A model generated the notes under the pieces. It made no database searches, was not told the origin of the DNA, and saw nothing but the letters and a program-made list of their open reading frames with translations. This document shows positions 53,364 through 63,567 of a stretch of DNA of 64,000 nt, one piece after another. The DNA is from Acidobacteriota bacterium. Its GTDB lineage: Bacteria; Acidobacteriota; UBA6911; RPQK01; JAJDTT01. The position numbers and the translations under genes are program-made. Each line of letters starts with the position of its first letter. The first letter of the stretch is position 1. The DNA lies in contig OZ253580.1 in assembly GCA_965263035.1 (NCBI GenBank), positions 5,824,001 through 5,888,000 of the forward strand, given 5' to 3'.

Positions 53364-55088
53364 TCAGGAGGGCTGCGATACGGGTAGCTGAGGATCGGCC
53401 CGGGATTCCGGCCTGGTGGCGGCCGCTGCCCGTCGAAGCAGCTCCCGGGCCTGCCGGAGCGTCGTCTCCGTCAACGAATCACCGGCCGCCATGCGGGCCA
53501 ATTCCCTGACCCGCTCGTCTGCATCCAGGATCTGGACCTGAATGACGGTTCTGCCCTCGTGGATTCCTTTGTCCACCTGCAAATGGCGCGTTGCGTGGCA
53601 GGCCAACTGAGGCCAGTGGGAGATGCAGAACACCTGGTCGCGGTGCGCCAAACGGGCCAATTTCAGACCTGCGATCGACGCGACCCGGCCCCCGATACCG
53701 GCATCCACCTCATCGAAGACCAAGGTCTTGGAGTAGGGGGTGAATGCGACCACCGACTTCAGGGCCAACGTGATCCGGGAGAGCTCACCTCCCGACGCGG
53801 TGCGCCCCAAGGGTCGCGGAGATTCCCCGGGATTGGGACTGATGAGGAATTCCGCCGTATCCGTTCCCTGCCCTGTCTGGACCGACTCGTCGGTTTCGAT
53901 CCGGACCCGGAATACACAGCTGCCCATGGCCAGTTGGGAGAGCTCCCCCTCAACCCGCCGGCAGAAATCCTTGGCATCTGCGCGGCGTTTGCGGGAGAGC
54001 TTCCGGGACAGCGTGAGATACCGGGATTCAAGGTCTTGCTCCTCCCGGGTCCACTCCTCCTCCTGCCTCCGGGAGACATCCACCGACTCCAATTCTTCCT
54101 GGATCTTTGCCTGGTGGGCCAGAACCTCCTCCAATGACGGCCCGTATTTCCTCTTGACACCCTCCAAGGCCGAGAGTCTTTCGCCGACTTCGTCCAGCCG
54201 TGCCGCGTCCCACTGGATCGATGCGGCGTAGTCCCGCAATTCCAGACCCACTTCCTCCACCTGATACCGGAGATCGAGGCTGCGCTCGGCCACGGACTCC
54301 ATTTCCGGGTCGAGGCGGCCGAGATCGTAGAGGCACTTCTGAGCCTGATCCAGGAGAGAGAGCACACTTCCCTCCTGATCGTAAAGCAGCTGAAAACTCG
54401 CGTTTGCGGTCTGGTGCCGGCTTTCCGCCGTTGCCAGGAGGTCCCGCTCCCGTTCCAACTTCCAATCCATTCCCGGTTCCAGGCCAAGCTGTTCCAGTTC
54501 CGACAACTGGTAACGCAGAGTGTCCATTCTCTCGAGGCGCCCGCTCGCGCCTTCACGGAGGCGTTCGAGGCGCCGGCGAACCGCCATCAGATCGACGTAG
54601 ATCTGCCGGACACGGTCCGTGAGTTCCCCGTTCTTGCCAAAACCGTCCAAGTGTTGGAGGTGGGTCCGAGGCTGCAACAGGCTTTGTTGATCATGCTGAC
54701 CATGGATGTCCGCCATCAGGTTTCCCAACCGGGTCAGGACCCCCAGTGTCGAGAGCTTCCCATTGATGAAAATCCGATTGGCTCCGGTCCGGGAAATCTC
54801 CCTCCGGATCAGTATTTCGTCGCCCTCGGTTTCCAGACCCGTTTCCTCGAGAAAGGACCAGGCGGGATGCCCGGGTTCCAGGGAAAAAACGCCTTCGACC
54901 CGGGCCTTATTGAAGCCCTCTCGTATCATCTCCTGCGAGGCCCTTTCCCCCGCCAGGAGGGACACCGAATCGACCAGGATCGATTTTCCCGACCCGGTCT
55001 CGCCGGTGATCAGATTGAACCCCGGCGCAAACTCCAGATCGAGCCGGTCAATGAGCGCGAAATTACTGATGCGAAGGTACTTGAGCAT
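53364..55088 (-). CDS. recN: DNA repair protein RecN
   Basis: TGETGSGKS, IHGQHD, ASGGELSR, FDEVDAGIGG. Confidence 0.96.
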   Translation of the reverse strand: MLKYLRISNFALIDRLDLEFAPGFNLITGETGSGKSILVDSVSLLAGERASQEMIREGFNKARVEGVFSLEPGHPAWSFLEETGLETEGDEILIRREISRTGANRIFINGKLSTLGVLTRLGNLMADIHGQHDQQSLLQPRTHLQHLDGFGKNGELTDRVRQIYVDLMAVRRRLERLREGASGRLERMDTLRYQLSELEQLGLEPGMDWKLERERDLLATAESRHQTANASFQLLYDQEGSVLSLLDQAQKCLYDLGRLDPEMESVAERSLDLRYQVEEVGLELRDYAASIQWDAARLDEVGERLSALEGVKRKYGPSLEEVLAHQAKIQEELESVDVSRRQEEEWTREEQDLESRYLTLSRKLSRKRRADAKDFCRRVEGELSQLAMGSCVFRVRIETDESVQTGQGTDTAEFLISPNPGESPRPLGRTASGGELSRITLALKSVVAFTPYSKTLVFDEVDAGIGGRVASIAGLKLARLAHRDQVFCISHWPQLACHATRHLQVDKGIHEGRTVIQVQILDADERVRELARMAAGDSLTETTLRQARELLRRAAAATRPESRADPQLPVSQPS

Positions 55089-55258
55089 TACGCGTCGAGA
55101 GAAGACGAGGTCCGGTTCCGCCCCGGGACGAGAACCAGGAATCATTATAGGAAAATCGAGCCGATTCCGGGAGAGGCTGGGCGCCCGATATGTGACATAG
55201 GCCTAGTTTACAATTTCCTGGGCTGTCTTCGGAGGGATTCGACCGTGGCGCCGGGGGA

Positions 55259-55981
55259 ATGATGCAAGGTTGTTGTCTGATTGCTCAGGGTTCTTTCGGA
55301 AGCTTCTGGTCTCTAGTCGCCCAGAGTGGGCCGGTGGCCCTGCTGGTCCTGCTGGTCCTGCTCTTCTTCTCCATCTTATCTTGGACTATCATCGTCTCCA
55401 AGGTAAGGGCCTACAAGAGGGTTGAAGAGCAGTCGTTCGAGTTCACCGAATTCTTCCGGCGCAGTTCCAGTCTTTCCGAGATTCACCGCGCCTGCGATGA
55501 CTACCCGCTTTCTCCGCTGGCCGGCGTATTCAAGGCCGGCTATCGGGAACTGGATCATTGGATTCAGGCCAAGGGAGACATGAGTCGGACCAACCCCATG
55601 GACCAGCACGTGGCCATACGCAGCCTGGGGGGCCTGGAACGGGCGTTGCGCAAGGCGGCGAGCGCCGAGATGACCACCCTGGAAAGCTCCTTGAGTTGGC
55701 TGGCGACGACCGGCTCGGTCACCCCGTTCATCGGACTCTTCGGAACGGTCGTCGGGATCATCAACGCGTTCCAGGGATTGGGAGAGGGTTCGGGCACCAC
55801 CATCCAGGCCGTTGCTCCCGGAATCAGTGAGGCCTTGGTCGCGACAGCGGCGGGCCTATTCGCCGCAATTCCTGCGGTGATTGCCTACAACCATTTTCTG
55901 AACCGACTCAAGATCATCGGCATCGAAATGGACGATTTCACCACTGAGCTCCTGAATCTGATCGAGCGGAGTTTCGCTTGA
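55259..55981 (+). CDS. tolQ: TolQ (MotA/TolQ/ExbB family)
   Basis: TPFIGLFGTV.GI..AF, APGISEAL.ATA.GL; first gene of the tol-pal cluster. Confidence 0.92.
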   Translation: MMQGCCLIAQGSFGSFWSLVAQSGPVALLVLLVLLFFSILSWTIIVSKVRAYKRVEEQSFEFTEFFRRSSSLSEIHRACDDYPLSPLAGVFKAGYRELDHWIQAKGDMSRTNPMDQHVAIRSLGGLERALRKAASAEMTTLESSLSWLATTGSVTPFIGLFGTVVGIINAFQGLGEGSGTTIQAVAPGISEALVATAAGLFAAIPAVIAYNHFLNRLKIIGIEMDDFTTELLNLIERSFA

Positions 55982-56096
55982 TGGAACGGATCCGGAGCCA
56001 CGGCGGTCCTCTGGTCCGGGCTTCACGTCTTCGGCCGGATCTGCATCCCGCAGTTTCCGTCCGGCGGCGGAACGGTCTTTGCAAAAGGAGGACTTC

Positions 56097-56516
56097 TTGG
56101 CCTTCTCCGGCGTGAATCCGACTCGGCCTTCAATCTCCGAGATCAACGTCACTCCCCTGGTGGACGTCGTATTGGTCCTCCTGATCATCTTCATGGTTAC
56201 GGCGCCGATCCTCCAGACCGGAATCGAAGTCAATCTCCCCCGGACGCGCACCGTCTCCAACGTCGATCCGGAGCAGCGCGCCGTGGTGACCATCGGACGG
56301 GAGGAAACCCTGTACTATGGGTCCACACCGTTGAATTTCAATGAATTGGGAAACCGGTTGAAGACCGATATCGGGACCGGGAACCTGCCCGTGTTCCTCC
56401 AGGCTGACGAGGACGTCCGCTGGAAGACGATCGTCACCGTCATGGACGAGATCCGGGTCTCGGGATACACGAATATCCAGGTCGTGACCCGGCCCTTCAA
56501 GGAGAAGGCCCCGTAG
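56097..56516 (+). CDS. tolR: TolR (ExbD/TolR family)
   Basis: EINVTPLVDVVLVLLIIFMV. TTG start after AGGAGG. Confidence 0.92.
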   Translation: MAFSGVNPTRPSISEINVTPLVDVVLVLLIIFMVTAPILQTGIEVNLPRTRTVSNVDPEQRAVVTIGREETLYYGSTPLNFNELGNRLKTDIGTGNLPVFLQADEDVRWKTIVTVMDEIRVSGYTNIQVVTRPFKEKAP

Positions 56517-56533
56517 GCCGTCGTAGGAAATCG

Positions 56534-57367
56534 ATGCCGCAAAGCCGGATCCTGATCACCCACGTCAAGAGCGACCGCCTTTCACGTCCGTTCGTGTTTT
56601 CGGCGGTGGCGCACGTGGTTCTTTTTCTGGCCGCCACCTTTGTGACCGACCTTTTCCCACCCGTGGAGATCGTCAGCGGAAGCACCGGCACGGGAGGAGG
56701 CCAGGGAGGAAATCTGGTCTCTGTCGGCCTGGCGGCCGATTTGGGAGGCGGCGCCGGCATGTACAAGCCGGCAGTGACCCCCAGAGTCCAGGCTGCGCCC
56801 CCTCCTGAAACCAAGAGCAAGGAGAAAGCGGTCCCGGAGGCCGCGCCGGACAAGACCGAGTTTCAGCAGAAGACGTCGCGCAAACGCCGGCCCCGAAAAC
56901 AGAAAAAAGCGGCCATATCCTCTCGCACCGGTTCCAAGGACTCGCAATCCGGCGCCGAGGCCCAGATCCCCCGGAAAGCGGACGCCGGCAGCGGGGGCGC
57001 CGGTGGAGCCCCCTCGGGGTCCGGCGGCGGATTCGGCGGCGGACAGGGAGTACGCGTCGGCGGCGGCACGGGACAGGAGGGAATGCACTCCTGGTATGCT
57101 CGCCAGGTCGAGCAGCGCGTGGGGCAGAACTGGCTCCGGGCCTCGTTGGGTGCGCTGGCGAGACCCGTGGAGACGGTCGTCAGTTTCGAAGTGCTGCGAA
57201 ACGGCCAGATCCATCGGATCAAACTGGAGCGGCCCAGCGGCGTCCGAGCCGTAGACCTGGCCGCACAACGCGCCATCCACGCGAGCGCCCCATTGCCTGC
57301 TCTTCCGCCGGAGCTGCGAAACCGAAGAGTGCGATTTGTGACCTACTTCCAATATCCTCCTCGGTAA
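56534..57367 (+). CDS. TolA/TonB-like energy transducer
   Basis: N-terminal TM with S...H motif, low-complexity linker, TonB-C-like end (SG...D.AA.RA). Lies between tolR and tolB. Confidence 0.8.
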   Translation: MPQSRILITHVKSDRLSRPFVFSAVAHVVLFLAATFVTDLFPPVEIVSGSTGTGGGQGGNLVSVGLAADLGGGAGMYKPAVTPRVQAAPPPETKSKEKAVPEAAPDKTEFQQKTSRKRRPRKQKKAAISSRTGSKDSQSGAEAQIPRKADAGSGGAGGAPSGSGGGFGGGQGVRVGGGTGQEGMHSWYARQVEQRVGQNWLRASLGALARPVETVVSFEVLRNGQIHRIKLERPSGVRAVDLAAQRAIHASAPLPALPPELRNRRVRFVTYFQYPPR

Positions 57368-57382
57368 AAAAGGGATTACACC

Positions 57383-58885
57383 ATGCTTCCAGCTATTTCG
57401 ACCTTGACAGCCCGTGGCAAAAGTCGTCACGGCATTCGACCGTCCCTGCATCCCGGCGGACTGCGTTGCGACTCGGTCACATACTCCCGGTATGCTCCCT
57501 CATCGCGCCTTGTCCGGCGGGCGCAGGAACGGTCTCGGTGCTCGCGAGACTTTCACCACGGACTGTTGGCCACGGTCCTCATCCTGATGCTCGTTGCGCC
57601 CACGGGAATGGCGCAGCCGTCCGACGTCAAGATCTATCCCAAGTTGCGAGAGAGCACGCGCTTGGCCGCGGCCGACTTCGTGGCTCGGACAGCGGCCACG
57701 CCCCAGACTCAAACCGCCGCGAAGGTCTTCAATGACGTCCTCTGGCAGGACCTCAAATTCTCCGCATTCTTCGAGATGCCGTCCAAGAGTTTCTACCCTT
57801 TGAAGCCGCTACGGTCGCCGCAGGACGTGAGTTTCGATCACTGGCAGGCGCCGACGCTGGACGTCGACTTTCTGGCCTTCGGCAACCTGCACGTGGATGC
57901 CGCCGGAGCCATGATCGAAGGCTACCTCTATGACGTGAAGACACGCCAGCAGGTCCTGGGAAAGCGCTACTCCGTATCCGACGCGACGCTGATTCGAAAG
58001 GTCGCCCACGAGTTTGCCGACCAGATCGTCTATCAGTTGTCGGCCGGTACCAGCCAGGGCGTGGCCAGCACGCAGATCACGTACAGCTCTCTTAAATCCG
58101 GGAGCAAGGAAATCTATACCATGGACTATGACGGTTCCAACGTTCGGACCGTCACCGCCAACCAGGGAATCAACAAGTTTCCCGACTGGTCCGGCGACAA
58201 TTCAAAACTGGCTTTCGTCACCATCCTTCCCGGCAGCGCCCGCTGGCAGTTCTGGATCCAGAGCCTCCAAGGAGGCCGGGATGTGATTTCAACGCCCACC
58301 TCGTACGTGTCGTCTCCGGCTTTCTCTCCCGATGGCCGGCAGATCGCTTACTCCGCCCGGGGCAGAGGCCATTCCAGTGCGGACATCTTCGTGGCGAACG
58401 CCGACGGATCCGGCAAGATCAACGTCTCCAATCATCCTGCCATCGACACCTCGCCGACGTGGAGTCCCTCGTCCCGGCAGATCGCCTTTGTCTCGGACCG
58501 GACCGGACGGCCCCAGCTCTGGCTCATGGACGTCGACGGTTCCGATCTCCGCAAACTGGTATTGGAAGGAGGACACTGCGACAGTCCCAGTTGGGCGCCG
58601 GACGGTCGTCACGTCATCTACTCCTGGCAGGCCCCAAAACGTTGGAAACACGACGTTTATATAGTGGAAGTGGCCAGTGGGAAGATCTTTCAGCTGACCT
58701 CGGGAACCGGAAGTAACGAGCATCCCGACTGGTCTCCGGACGGAAGGCACATCGTCTTCCAGAGCACGCGAACCGGTTCCAAACAGCTGTTCATCATGAA
58801 TGCCGACGGCAAGAGTAGAAGGCAAATTACGGCCTATGGTATAAACGAGAGTCCAGCTTGGTCAGGCTATCTGACCCGTCCCTGA
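57383..58885 (+). CDS. tolB: TolB, with an in-frame 54-aa MITE-derived insertion in the signal peptide
   Basis: N-domain (AHEFAD.I) followed by repeated P.WSPDG beta-propeller blades. Upstream of pal. Confidence 0.92.
   Translation: MLPAISTLTARGKSRHGIRPSLHPGGLRCDSVTYSRYAPSSRLVRRAQERSRCSRDFHHGLLATVLILMLVAPTGMAQPSDVKIYPKLRESTRLAAADFVARTAATPQTQTAAKVFNDVLWQDLKFSAFFEMPSKSFYPLKPLRSPQDVSFDHWQAPTLDVDFLAFGNLHVDAAGAMIEGYLYDVKTRQQVLGKRYSVSDATLIRKVAHEFADQIVYQLSAGTSQGVASTQITYSSLKSGSKEIYTMDYDGSNVRTVTANQGINKFPDWSGDNSKLAFVTILPGSARWQFWIQSLQGGRDVISTPTSYVSSPAFSPDGRQIAYSARGRGHSSADIFVANADGSGKINVSNHPAIDTSPTWSPSSRQIAFVSDRTGRPQLWLMDVDGSDLRKLVLEGGHCDSPSWAPDGRHVIYSWQAPKRWKHDVYIVEVASGKIFQLTSGTGSNEHPDWSPDGRHIVFQSTRTGSKQLFIMNADGKSRRQITAYGINESPAWSGYLTRP
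57408..57565. mobile_element. 158-bp MITE inside the tolB 5' end
   Basis: IRs CAGCCCGTGGCAAAAGTC / GACTTTCACCACGGACTG. Flanks TTGA/TTGG. Net insertion 162 nt. Confidence 0.8.
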
Positions 58886-58914
58886 GTGTAGTTTTTTCCT
58901 TCCAAGGAGGTTCA

Positions 58915-59685
58915 ATGAACAGAGGCTTTCTGGTCACTGTGCGGTTGGTTCCCTGTGTGTTGTTGGTGCTGGCGATGGGAAGCTGCAAGAAAAAGCCCCC
59001 TCCGGCGATTGCGGTTCCTGACGCTCCTGCGGTGGTGGCCCCCTCCAAACCGGCGGCCGTCATGCCGACCATTGAAATCACGGCGGAGCCCAGCACCATC
59101 GAGCGTGGCAGCCAGACGACGTTGAGTTGGAAGAGCACCGACGCCACATCCGTCCTCATCGACGGGGGTGTCGGAAACGTCGCCGAGACTGGTTCCCTGG
59201 TCCTTTCGCCAACCGAGTCCACCACCTATACGGCCATCGCCCGAGGGAGCGGCGGCAGCGCGCGCGACAGTACCCGTGTGACCGTGGTGCCCAAGAGGGC
59301 CGCGAAACTGTCGGTCACGGATATCGAGGGACTTCAGCGGGCGATCGACGATGGGCGGGTCCGGCCGGTCTTCTTCGACTATGACAGGGCTCTACTGAGC
59401 TCCAAGACGACGCAGATCCTGGAGGAGAACGCCCGCTGGATCAAGAGGTTCCCGACGGCGACGGTCATCGTCGAGGGACACTGCGACGAGCGGGGCAGCG
59501 AAGAGTACAACCTGGCTCTGGGCGATCGCCGAGCCCAGGTCACCCGCGACTACCTGTTGGACGCCGGCGTGAGTGCGACTCAGTTGGAAGCTCTTTCGTT
59601 TGGCGAGGAGCGTCCCTTCGAGAGCTGTCACGACGAGACCTGTTGGAGCAAGAACCGCCGCGCCCATTTCGCCGTCAAACGTTAG
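58915..59685 (+). CDS. pal: Peptidoglycan-associated lipoprotein with an extra Ig-like domain
   Basis: Lipobox MGSC. OmpA-like domain FFDYD...EGHCDERGS.EYNLALGDRRA...NRR. AGGAGG RBS. Confidence 0.93.
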   Translation: MNRGFLVTVRLVPCVLLVLAMGSCKKKPPPAIAVPDAPAVVAPSKPAAVMPTIEITAEPSTIERGSQTTLSWKSTDATSVLIDGGVGNVAETGSLVLSPTESTTYTAIARGSGGSARDSTRVTVVPKRAAKLSVTDIEGLQRAIDDGRVRPVFFDYDRALLSSKTTQILEENARWIKRFPTATVIVEGHCDERGSEEYNLALGDRRAQVTRDYLLDAGVSATQLEALSFGEERPFESCHDETCWSKNRRAHFAVKR

Positions 59686-59703
59686 GGGCTAGTGGTGTGC
59701 CTT

Positions 59704-59760
59704 ACCGCTGGACTGTGAGACCGGGGCAATTCTCTCCCCGGTCTCACAGCTTCCGGCGGT
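59704..59760. other. Long intergenic stem-loop between pal and cpoB
   Basis: CTGTGAGACCGGGG (59713-59726) / CCCCGGTCTCACAG (59736-59749) form a perfect 14-bp stem, with an outer extension. Confidence 0.75.
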
Positions 59761-59814
59761 GGATTGTCCGAGATGTCCGGTCCTTACCGTTGGGACTCAA
59801 CCTAGGAGCAGGCC

Positions 59815-60609
59815 ATGAAACTGTCAGCATCTGTTCTCGCGCCGGTATCGCTGGGATTGTTCGTCTTCTCGATGGGTGGCACCAAAGAGGAGATCGTTCG
59901 TCTTCAGAGCGACGTACTCCAGCTCTCGAACCAGATCCGGATGCTCCAGAAGAGCAACGACGAAACCGGGTCCGTGTCCCAGTCCCTCTTGGAACAGTTG
60001 AATGATCAGGTGGCACAGATGAATCTGGCGACGGATGAGTTGCACCGGACCATTCAGGACCAGAAGACGGATGTCTTCAATCTGGTCACTTCGATCCGAT
60101 CCGAAGTCCAGAATCTGAGCGTGAAACTGGACGACACCAACAACCGGCTAACGGCCCTACAGAAAAACCAGGAAGAGCAACAAGTCAGAATGCAGTCTCT
60201 GAGAACGGCGCCGGCGGCAGCGGAAGGCAGGATCCAGCCTGATCAGGCCTATGCTGCCGCCTACAACGACTTCATTATCGGAAACTACGACTTGGCCATC
60301 GCCGGTTTTCAGGACCTGATGGAGAGCCATCCTGACAGCGAGTACAGCGACAACGCCCTCTACTACAGCGGCATCTGCTCCCAGGAGCAGCAGCGTTACG
60401 AACAGGCCATCCAGGCCTTCGACCAGGTCATCAATCTGTATCCCAAGGGCGACAAAACCGCGGCGGCCTATTTCAAGAAGGCCCAGGTCTTCCAGCACCT
60501 GCAGAAGAATACGGATGCCATCGACACCTTCCGGCAGCTGATCGAGGTTTACCCCGAAACTCAGGAAGCGGTCCAAGCGCAACGGGAACTGGAGCGCATG
60601 GGGGTGTAG
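59815..60609 (+). CDS. cpoB: Tol-pal protein CpoB/YbgF
   Basis: N-terminal coiled coil and C-terminal TPRs (Y..A...F...YP), downstream of pal. Confidence 0.88.
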   Translation: MKLSASVLAPVSLGLFVFSMGGTKEEIVRLQSDVLQLSNQIRMLQKSNDETGSVSQSLLEQLNDQVAQMNLATDELHRTIQDQKTDVFNLVTSIRSEVQNLSVKLDDTNNRLTALQKNQEEQQVRMQSLRTAPAAAEGRIQPDQAYAAAYNDFIIGNYDLAIAGFQDLMESHPDSEYSDNALYYSGICSQEQQRYEQAIQAFDQVINLYPKGDKTAAAYFKKAQVFQHLQKNTDAIDTFRQLIEVYPETQEAVQAQRELERMGV

Positions 60610-60660
60610 TTCGTCCCCAACTACAGGTGTCCCAGCCGACGACGAACCCGGGACGGGGAA

Positions 60661-61095
60661 TCAGAAAGGAATGTCGTCGTCGGTGATCTCCACTTCCGGT
60701 GACGGTTGAGAGGGTGTTGGAGTGGGGGAAGGGGTTCTGTCGGGTGTGGGGCTCCCTCCCATCCGGTCTGACCGGGAATCCAACATCTTCATGCCGAAGG
60801 CTTTGATTTCAGTGGTTCGCCTTCGGTTACCGTCCCGATCGTCCCACTCCCGGGTCTGGATTCGTCCCTCGATCATGACGAGACTTCCCTTCCGCAGATA
60901 GTTCTGGCATATCTCCGCCAGCCTGCTCCAGACGACGATCCTGTGCCACTCGGTCCGCTCCTGCCGTTCCCCACTCTGATCGGTCCAGACTTCGTTGGTC
61001 GCCAAAGTGAAATCCGCCACCGCAGTGCCTGATGTGGTGTATCGAACTTCAGGATCGCGCCCCAGTCTTCCGATCAAGATAGCCTTGTTGAACAT
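60661..61095 (-). CDS. ssb: Single-stranded DNA-binding protein
   Basis: [30 protein letters not shown] tail. GGAGG RBS before ATG 61095. Confidence 0.98.
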   Translation of the reverse strand: MFNKAILIGRLGRDPEVRYTTSGTAVADFTLATNEVWTDQSGERQERTEWHRIVVWSRLAEICQNYLRKGSLVMIEGRIQTREWDDRDGNRRRTTEIKAFGMKMLDSRSDRMGGSPTPDRTPSPTPTPSQPSPEVEITDDDIPF

Positions 61096-61227
61096 CTCCA
61101 ACCTCCTTTGTAACTCGTCCTTCTCACTATAACGTCCCACCCCGAAAAAAACGCATCTTGACGGGACTGGCGTTGTTCTCCGTCGATTTCGACTGTGCTT
61201 CCACGGCTCGGCGGGCAACGACCCGGT

Positions 61228-62379
61228 TCAGATCCGACGCGCACCGAACTGTTCGTATCCCACCAGTTCGATGATCGTCTCGACCCTGCGATCCCCTCGA
61301 TAGAAGCTCGAGCTGACCCGGTCTCCGGGCCGCTTGTCTCCCAGCAACCGGACAATGTCGTCGTGGGTCCGAACCGGCTGGCCCTCCAGGGAGATCAGAA
61401 CGTCGCCCCCGATGATGAGGAAGAAGTTTCCGAGCAGGACCCTCCGGCGCCCGCCTCTCAGACCGGCCAGATCCGAAGAACTTCCCTCTTCCACTCGCTC
61501 GATCAGGAATCCTTCCTGGACCGGGAGGTTCAGGAAGGACGCCAGCCGCGGCGTCAGCGTGCGTCCCTGGACTCCGAACCAGGGGCGGCGCACGAACCCG
61601 TAGGACACCAGGTCGGGAACGATACGCCGCAATATGTTCACTGGGACGGCGAACCCGATCCCGGCGCTTTCGCCGGATCGCGAGTAGATGGCGGTATTGA
61701 TTCCGATGAGTTCCCCTCGCGTGTTCAACAGTGGACCGCCGCTGTTCCCGGGATTGATGGCGGCGTCACTCTGGATGACATTCTCGATGACTCCGGATTC
61801 GGTCCGGAGGCTTCGGCCCAGCGAAGAGATGATTCCCGTCGTCAGCGTGTGCTCGAAGCCGAAGGGATTGCCGATGGCCAGGACTTTCTGCCCGACTTTC
61901 AGATTGTCGCTGCTGCCCAGCTTGATGGGGTGAAGCTTTTCGGCCGGACATTCGATCTCCAGGATCGCCAGATCGTTGAAACGATCGGTCCCCAGAACCT
62001 TGGCCTCGTAGCTGCTCTTGTCGTAAAGCGTGACCTCGATCCGGCTGGCCTCCTGGACGACATGGAAATTGGTCACGATGCGACCCTTGCGGTCGATGAC
62101 GACTCCACTGCCGACGCCCCGTCTGGGGATGACGTCGAACCAGAAATCCCGCTCCAGCGTGGTGCTGGTCACGTTCACCACTCCGGGTCCCAGCTCGTCA
62201 TAGATGCGGATGTTGATATCTTCGCTCTGGGTTCGGGCGGTGTCGAACGTCCGGGTCTGGGTTTTCGTGAACCCGGCATGGGTCGGCTCGGGAACCGGAC
62301 ACCGCGTCAGGAAGGCCACCATCCCAGTGGAAAGCAGACTGCTGGTCAGAACCAGCTTCCAGAATTCCGTCCTGTTCAT
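61228..62379 (-). CDS. HtrA/DegP-family serine protease with one PDZ domain
   Basis: GSG, TNFHVV, DLAIL, IQSDAAINPGNSGGPL. Confidence 0.95.
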   Translation of the reverse strand: MNRTEFWKLVLTSSLLSTGMVAFLTRCPVPEPTHAGFTKTQTRTFDTARTQSEDINIRIYDELGPGVVNVTSTTLERDFWFDVIPRRGVGSGVVIDRKGRIVTNFHVVQEASRIEVTLYDKSSYEAKVLGTDRFNDLAILEIECPAEKLHPIKLGSSDNLKVGQKVLAIGNPFGFEHTLTTGIISSLGRSLRTESGVIENVIQSDAAINPGNSGGPLLNTRGELIGINTAIYSRSGESAGIGFAVPVNILRRIVPDLVSYGFVRRPWFGVQGRTLTPRLASFLNLPVQEGFLIERVEEGSSSDLAGLRGGRRRVLLGNFFLIIGGDVLISLEGQPVRTHDDIVRLLGDKRPGDRVSSSFYRGDRRVETIIELVGYEQFGARRI

Positions 62380-62391
62380 GGCCCGATTATA

Positions 62392-63567
62392 CTATTCGGC
62401 AGATCCCCGAGGCTCCTCGACACTCAGGAAGAAGAGGATACCGGCAGCCACCGAGAGCAGCGCCACCAGGAAAACGACGGCCCCGTAACCGGACCAGGTA
62501 TAGCACCAGCCCGAGACCAGGACTACCAGCGCGATTCCCAGTTGCGAAAAGCAGTTTCGAAGGGCGAGGTATGAACCGCGCTCATCGATCCCCACCAGTT
62601 GCGTCTGCAGAGTCTGCAGAGCGGTCTGGCGGAAACTCACGCACAGACTTACGGCGAAGAAGAGGCCGATGAGTCCGCCCCCCCAGGGAATCGACACCAG
62701 ACCCGAAATGGTGAGGATGAAGGCCAGGTTGGCCAATAGAAACACCCTTCGCTTGGTCCAATGATCCACCACCCAACCCGAGATCAGACTGCCCGCGACG
62801 GCGGCGATCCCCGCCACCACAAACAACCAGGAGATCTGGACGGGAGCCAAGCCGAAACGGTCGATGAGATAACCGGAGAGATACACCATCAGCGCCATGG
62901 TGCCGCCGGCGACGGCGAAGGAGACCAGCAGGGCGCTTCTCAGGGGACGAACCGAGAAAAAACGCCGGTAGGCAAACTGTATTCTTGCCTTTGTCGGGGC
63001 TCCGGACCGGAAGTCCGGCAGCGGGCCCCAAAGGGATGCCAGGACTGCCGAGGCCAAGAGGCACGAAGCCAGAAATACACTCCTCCATTGCCAGCGATCG
63101 GCGATCCAGGTGCCGGCCGGAACTCCCACGATCAAGGCCACGAAATAGGCGCTCAGGACGATGCCCATGACCCTGCCCCGGCGACGGTAGGGAAAGACGT
63201 CGCCCACCAGACCGGCCGTGCAGGTCGAGATGAGTCCGGATGCCGCTCCGGTGCCGGCCCGCAGCCAGAGGAGTTGCGAATACCCTCCGGAGAAGTGGGT
63301 GACCAGAGCCAGCAGAGCGAAAACCGCCAGACCCGCCCGGAGAAACGGAAGCCGTCCCCAACGATCCGTCAGAGGACCCACCAGCAGGTTGAATCCTCCG
63401 GCCGTCAGCGCATAGACACTGAAGAGCCGCCCCATCCCCTCCACCGAAGTCCCATAGTCCGCTTCCAGGCGTCCCAGAAGGGGGATCAGCATCTGGGCGT
63501 CGACGGCGGCCAACAACAGCGCTCCAAACAGAGCGGCGATGGTCCAGCGGTCGCGAAACCGACTCAT
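62392..63567 (-). CDS. Major facilitator superfamily transporter
   Basis: About 12 hydrophobic segments; motif A GPLTDRWGR. Confidence 0.9.
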   Translation of the reverse strand: MSRFRDRWTIAALFGALLLAAVDAQMLIPLLGRLEADYGTSVEGMGRLFSVYALTAGGFNLLVGPLTDRWGRLPFLRAGLAVFALLALVTHFSGGYSQLLWLRAGTGAASGLISTCTAGLVGDVFPYRRRGRVMGIVLSAYFVALIVGVPAGTWIADRWQWRSVFLASCLLASAVLASLWGPLPDFRSGAPTKARIQFAYRRFFSVRPLRSALLVSFAVAGGTMALMVYLSGYLIDRFGLAPVQISWLFVVAGIAAVAGSLISGWVVDHWTKRRVFLLANLAFILTISGLVSIPWGGGLIGLFFAVSLCVSFRQTALQTLQTQLVGIDERGSYLALRNCFSQLGIALVVLVSGWCYTWSGYGAVVFLVALLSVAAGILFFLSVEEPRGSAE

